Both the position numbers and the translations under genes were made by a program. The notes beneath the pieces were generated by a model. The model worked only from the letters and a program-made list of their open reading frames with translations, made no database searches and was not told where the DNA came from. From contig NIVC01004022.1 in the NCBI GenBank assembly GCA_002269645.1, forward strand, positions 79 through 64,078: 64,000 bases of DNA, in the 5' to 3' direction. This DNA is from Macrostomum lignano (lineage: Eukaryota). This document shows positions 61,101 to 64,000 of this stretch, one piece after another (positions within the stretch are counted from its first letter, which is position 1; every line of letters starts with the position of its first letter).

Positions 61101-64000
61101 ACTAAAGTACTTTCTGCATATTAATGTACTGAGCAGGGGGGACTTGGGAGTCTGTAAGTTCGAGTAGGGAACAGATGGAGCCTTGGCGTCTTGTAGGCTT
61201 CTAGATTGATAATGTTTCCTTCCAGATCTCAGTTTTCAGCTTCGTACTCACAATGGTTCCTGTCGAAGTACACTAAAGTACTTTCTGCATATGTACTGAG
61301 CAGGGGGGACTTGGGAGTCTGTAAGTTCGAGTAGGGAACAGATGGAGCCTTGGCGTCTTGTAGGCTTCTAGATTGATAATGTTTCCTTCCAGATCTCAGT
61401 TTTCAGCTTCGTACTCACAATGGTTCTGTCGAAGTACACTAAAGTACTTTCTGCATATGTACTGAGCAGGGGGGACTTGGGAGTCTGTAAGTTCGAGTAG
61501 GGAACAGATGGAGCCTTGGCGTCTTGTAGGCTTCTAGATTGATAATGTTTCCTTCCAGATCTCAGTTTTCAGCTTCGTACTCACAATGGTTCCTGTCGAA
61601 GTACACTAAAGTACTTTCTGCATATTAATGTACTGAGCAGGGGGGACTTGGGAGTCTGTAAGTTCGAGTAGGGAACAGATGGAGCCTTGGCGTCTTGTAG
61701 GCTTCTAGATTGATAATGTTTCCTTCCAGATCTCAGTTTTCAGCTTCGTACTCACAATGGTTCTTGTCGAAGTACACTAAAGTACTTTCTGCATATTAAT
61801 GTACTGAGCAGGGGGACTTGGGAGTCTGTAAGTTCGAGTAGGGAACAGATGGAGCCTTGGCGTCTTGTAGGCTTCTAGATTGATAATGTTTCCTTCCAGA
61901 TCTCAGTTTTCAGCTTCGTACTCACAATGGTTCTGTCGAAGTACACTAAAGTACTTTCTGCATATTAATGTACTGAGCAGGGGGGACTTGGGAGTCTGTA
62001 AGTTCGAGTAGGGAACAGATGGAGCCTTGGCGTCTTGTAGGCTTCTAGATTGATAATGTTTCCTTCCAGATCTCAGTTTTCAGCTTCGTACTCACAATGG
62101 TTCTTGTCGAAGTACACTAAAGTACTTTCTGCATATGTACTGAGCAGGGGGGACTTGGGAGTCTGTAAGTTCGAGTAGGGAACAGATGGAGCCTTGGCGT
62201 CTTGTAGGCTTCTAGATTGATAATGTTTCCTTCCAGATCTCAGTTTTCAGCTTCGTACTCACAATGGTTCTGTCGAAGTACACTAAAGTACTTTCTGCAT
62301 ATTAATGTACTGAGCAGGGGGACTTGGGAGTCTGTAAGTTCGAGTAGGGAACAGATGGAGCCTTGGCGTCTTGTAGGCTTCTAGATTGATAATGTTTCCT
62401 TCCAGATCTCAGTTTTCAGCTTCGTACTCACAATGGTTCTTGTCGAAGTACACTAAAGTACTTTCTGCATATTAATGTACTGAGCAGGGGGACTTGGGAG
62501 TCTGTAAGTTCGAGTAGGGAACAGATGGAGCCTTGGCGTCTTGTAGGCTTCTAGATTGATAATGTTTCCTTCCAGATCTCAGTTTTCAGCTTCGTACTCA
62601 CAATGGTTCTTGTCGAAGTACACTAAAGTACTTTCTGCATATTAATGTACTGAGCAGGGGGGACTTGGGAGTCTGTAAGTTCGAGTAGGGAACAGATGGA
62701 GCCTTGGCGTCTTGTAGGCTTCTAGATTGATAATGTTTCCTTCCAGATCTCAGTTTTCAGCTTCGTACTCACAATGGTTCTTGCGAAGTACACTAAAGTA
62801 CTTTCTGCATATTAATGTACTGAGCAGGGGGGACTTGGGAGTCTGTAAGTTCGAGTAGGGAACAGATGGAGCCTTGGCGTCTTGTAGGCTTCTAGATTGA
62901 TAATGTTTCCTTCCAGATCTCAGTTTTCAGCTTCGTACTCACAATGGTTCTGCGAAGTACACTAAAGTACTTTCTGCATATTAATGTACTGAGCAGGGGG
63001 GACTTGGGAGTCTGTAAGTTCGAGTAGGGAACAGATGGAGCCTTGGCGTCTTGTAGGCTTCTAGATTGATAATGTTTCCTTCCAGATCTCAGTTTTCAGC
63101 TTCGTACTCACAATGGTTCTTGTCGAAGTACACTAAAGTACTTTCTGCATGAGTTGTACTGAGCAGGGGGACTTGGGAGTCTGTAAGTTCGAGTAGGGAA
63201 CAGATGGAGCCTTGGCGTCTTGTAGGCTTCTAGATTGATAATGTTTCCTTCCAGATCTCAGTTTTCAGCTTCGTACTCACAATGGTTCTGCGAAGTACAC
63301 TAAAGTACTTTCTGCATATTAATGTACTGAGCAGGGGGACTTGGGAGTCTGTAAGTTCGAGTAGGGAACAGATGGAGCCTTGGCGTCTTGTAGGCTTCTA
63401 GATTGATAATGTTTCCTTCCAGATCTCAGTTTTCAGCTTCGTACTCACAATGGTTCTTGTCGAAGTACACTAAAGTACTTTCTGCATATTAATGTACTGA
63501 GCAGGGGGGACTTGGGAGTCTGTAAGTTCGAGTAGGGAACAGATGGAGCCTTGGCGTCTTGTAGGCTTCTAGATTGATAATGTTTCCTTCCAGATCTCAG
63601 TTTTCAGCTTCGTACTCACAATGGTTCTGTCGAAGTACACTAAAGTACTTTCTGCATATTAATGTACTGAGCAGGGGGGACTTGGGAGTCTGTAAGTTCG
63701 AGTAGGGAACAGATGGAGCCTTGGCGTCTTGTAGGCTTCTAGATTGATAATGTTTCCTTCCAGATCTCAGTTTTCAGCTTCGTACTCACAATGGTTCTTG
63801 TCGAAGTACACTAAAGTACTTTCTGCATATTAATGTACTGAGCAGGGGGGACTTGGGAGTCTGTAAGTTCGAGTAGGGAACAGATGGAGCCTTGGCGTCT
63901 TGTAGGCTTCTAGATTGATAATGTTTCCTTCCAGATCTCAGTTTTCAGCTTCGTACTCACAATGGTTCCTGCGAAGTACACTAAAGTACTTTCTGCATAT
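40194..64000 (-). repeat. Satellite array 2: same monomer as array 1 in reverse orientation, at least about 140 copies, truncated by the window
   Basis: Reverse complement of the array 1 monomer throughout. It begins abruptly at aaagtacttt (40194). Confidence 0.98.

Overview
Eukaryotic (probably invertebrate animal) repeat-rich DNA with no recognisable host gene. Two long arrays of the same 170-171 bp satellite lie in opposite orientation (7946-29880, +, about 129 monomers; 40194-64000+, -, at least about 140 monomers, running off the window). They enclose a 10.3 kb cassette. The cassette holds a NOF/Foldback-type Mutator-superfamily transposase gene (DDE + CxxH, then a Ulp1/C48 SUMO-type protease with its H-D-C triad and a C-terminal PHD finger). 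About 3.7 kb of Gly/Ala/Arg-rich then Asp-rich coding tandem repeat lies upstream and appears to belong to the same reading frame. A decayed Ngaro/DIRS-type gag-RT fragment completes the cassette. The layout resembles a giant Foldback (FB-NOF-like) transposon with arms over 20 kb, but the right outer end and a target-site duplication are not visible, so a satellite inversion with inserted elements, or a misassembly, remains possible. The first 6.5 kb holds a LINE RT pseudogene, a Penelope GIY-YIG fragment with a degenerate hammerhead, and two diverged, inverted 1.5 kb non-coding units with CCAAT/TATA motifs, splice signals, a conserved hairpin and a hammerhead-like 3' end. Several apparent frameshifts sit in homopolymer runs and may be sequencing errors. 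All family assignments are by motif recognition; no database search was run.
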